NCBI GenBank assembly: GCA_013265495.1
Contig: MU058384.1
Coordinates: 1,613,690-1,677,689, forward strand
Reading direction: 5' to 3'
DNA: 64,000 bases
Source of the DNA: Vicugna vicugna
Lineage: Eukaryota
Shown: positions 62,812 to 64,000 of the stretch, one piece after another
How positions within the stretch are numbered: the stretch's first letter is position 1
Layout of the letters: each line of letters starts with the position of its first letter
Made by a program: the position numbers and the translations under genes
The notes under the pieces: model-generated
Told to the model about the DNA's origin: nothing
The model's database searches: none
Seen by the model: only the letters and a program-made list of their open reading frames with translations

Positions 62812-62848
62812 GGGGGAGGGGGTGGGGGGGAGGGCCGTGGGTGGTGGG
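62812..62848 (+). other. Potential G-quadruplex
   Basis: GGGGG-A-GGGGG-T-GGGGGGG-A-GGG with 1 nt loops, followed by two more GGG runs. Confidence 0.6.
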
Positions 62849-63159
62849 AAAGGAGCCCAGCACATAAGGAGGATAAATAGTCCCAGAAGAGAGACAGGGA
62901 TAATATGCTGTCTTTCAACCATACCTACAAAAGCTTCCTTCGACATGTCTGCAGAATGAAGAATGTTGCTAAGAGAAAGCAGCAGGGCTCATGCACAGTG
63001 TATCTGGGATGACACAGAGGCCCTGACAAGACACTTTTTATCAGCTGAAGAAGAGGGGGCATTTATCATGACAGACTAATTGCTCACTTTGAGTTAGATA
63101 TTGTTCTATCTAGGTACCCTATGTGGCTATATAGTAATGACAGGTTTTTAAACAAACGA

Positions 63160-63440
63160 TACAAAGCTTGTATGTCCAAATAAACACCCCAAAGTAGTTA
63201 GTCACCTTAAGTTTAAATGCTGATTTCAGCGTCCATCCCCCACCTGCTACCTCCTTTGCTCAAAAGATTTCAGGTACGACTCTTCTAATTGCCTTCACAA
63301 CTTGCAATATATTTTTTTGAATATACTTAATGCTGAAAAACCTTTACCAGTGGAAGTGCAGTATTTTTGGTTTCATTTGAGGTCAAAAATAATTTTGAGC
63401 TAAATCCATGATGAGTGATTAAATTGGGTAAAAATAATGG
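63160..63440 (-). mobile_element. MARNA-like Tc1/mariner relic
   Basis: Manual minus-strand translation gives RFFSIKYIQKNILQVVKAI, then after a frameshift EESYLKSFEQ, similar to the mariner transposase C-terminus; DNA motifs gtcacctt, ttgctcaaaa, aattgccttca. Confidence 0.7.
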
Positions 63441-63549
63441 AAAATGCCAATTAAATGTCAGTCAGTAAGCTAAGTATATTTTATAAATCATCTCCCTAAT
63501 TTAATTCTCACCACAAATCTGTAAGGTGGATATTTATGTCAGGTCCCCC

Positions 63550-64000
63550 TTTAACATTTCTTCAATAATTATAAAATTAGTATATGCTCACTGAAGAAAG
63601 TTTGGAAAATCCAGAAAAGTAGAAAGAAGAAACCAATCCTCCTTCAAGGTCTCACCACTCAGATCTAACAACTATTGAAGTTACCCAGTTTATTGGTCTA
63701 GTCTTTTTCCGTGAATGAGTATATAAATATGTTCTTTACCCCAAAATTAGTCACACTGTACAAAACTTTGTAATTACTCACTTAATATTATATTCTGAAC
63801 AGTTTTTCAAGTCACTAAATTTCTTCTACAAAATCATCTTTACTCACTCTTTGGTATTCCTGTAGGTGGATATGTCATAATCTACCCAAAGAATTCCAGC
63901 ATTTCAGTGCCTCAAATCAACATTTTTTATAAGATAAGTCTTTGTGGAGTCCTATATCATTTCCTTCAGATAATTTCCTCGAAGTAGAATTGCTGGATTC
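63550..64000 (-). mobile_element. Ancient L1ME4-type 3' UTR running off the window end
   Basis: tatatgctcactgaagaaagtttggaaaatccagaaaagtagaaagaagaaa...atttccttcagataatttcctcgaagtagaattgctggat. Confidence 0.7.

Noticed and set aside
1..64000. The short ORFs in the six-frame track as genes
   Set aside because: All are 60-156 aa, many start at non-ATG codons, and none resembles a host protein family I know. The recognisable ones are L1 or CR1 relics; the rest are expected by chance.
1..64000. CRISPR array, operon or other prokaryotic or viral system
   Set aside because: No regularly spaced repeats, no gene-dense coding and no gag/pol/env; the repeat content is unambiguously mammalian.

Overview
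AT-rich, CpG-depleted mammalian non-coding DNA (intronic or intergenic). A tRNA-derived SINE with target-site duplications at about 56.3-56.5 kb matches my recollection of the camelid-specific Vic-1 family, so the source is most likely a camel, llama, alpaca or vicuna. I recognise no host protein-coding exon, RNA gene, CRISPR array or prokaryotic system. The only ORFs with recognisable protein similarity are decayed L1 ORF2 and CR1/L3 ORF2 pieces; a mariner transposase remnant is visible only by manual translation. Much of the window is fossil transposable elements: L1, L2, L3/CR1, MIR, MaLR solo LTRs, hAT MITEs and a mariner relic, with an almost continuous nested stack at 23.1-29.4 kb. The most interesting unique-sequence signals are: (1) a STAT/IRF motif cluster at 1.2-2.6 kb with tandem GAS sites 6 bp apart and an overlapping IRF-E/GAS composite; (2) two perfect NF-E2/NRF2/BACH-type MARE sites 193 bp apart at 49.7-49.9 kb; (3) a nested inverted repeat inside a candidate exon at 52.1-52.4 kb; (4) several plus-strand non-coding exon candidates, including a recursive-splice-like AG|GTAAGT at 60.3 kb. 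Repeat family names come from remembered consensus sequences, not a database search, and boundaries are approximate. I found no convincing novel biological system; all regulatory and splicing calls are hypotheses.
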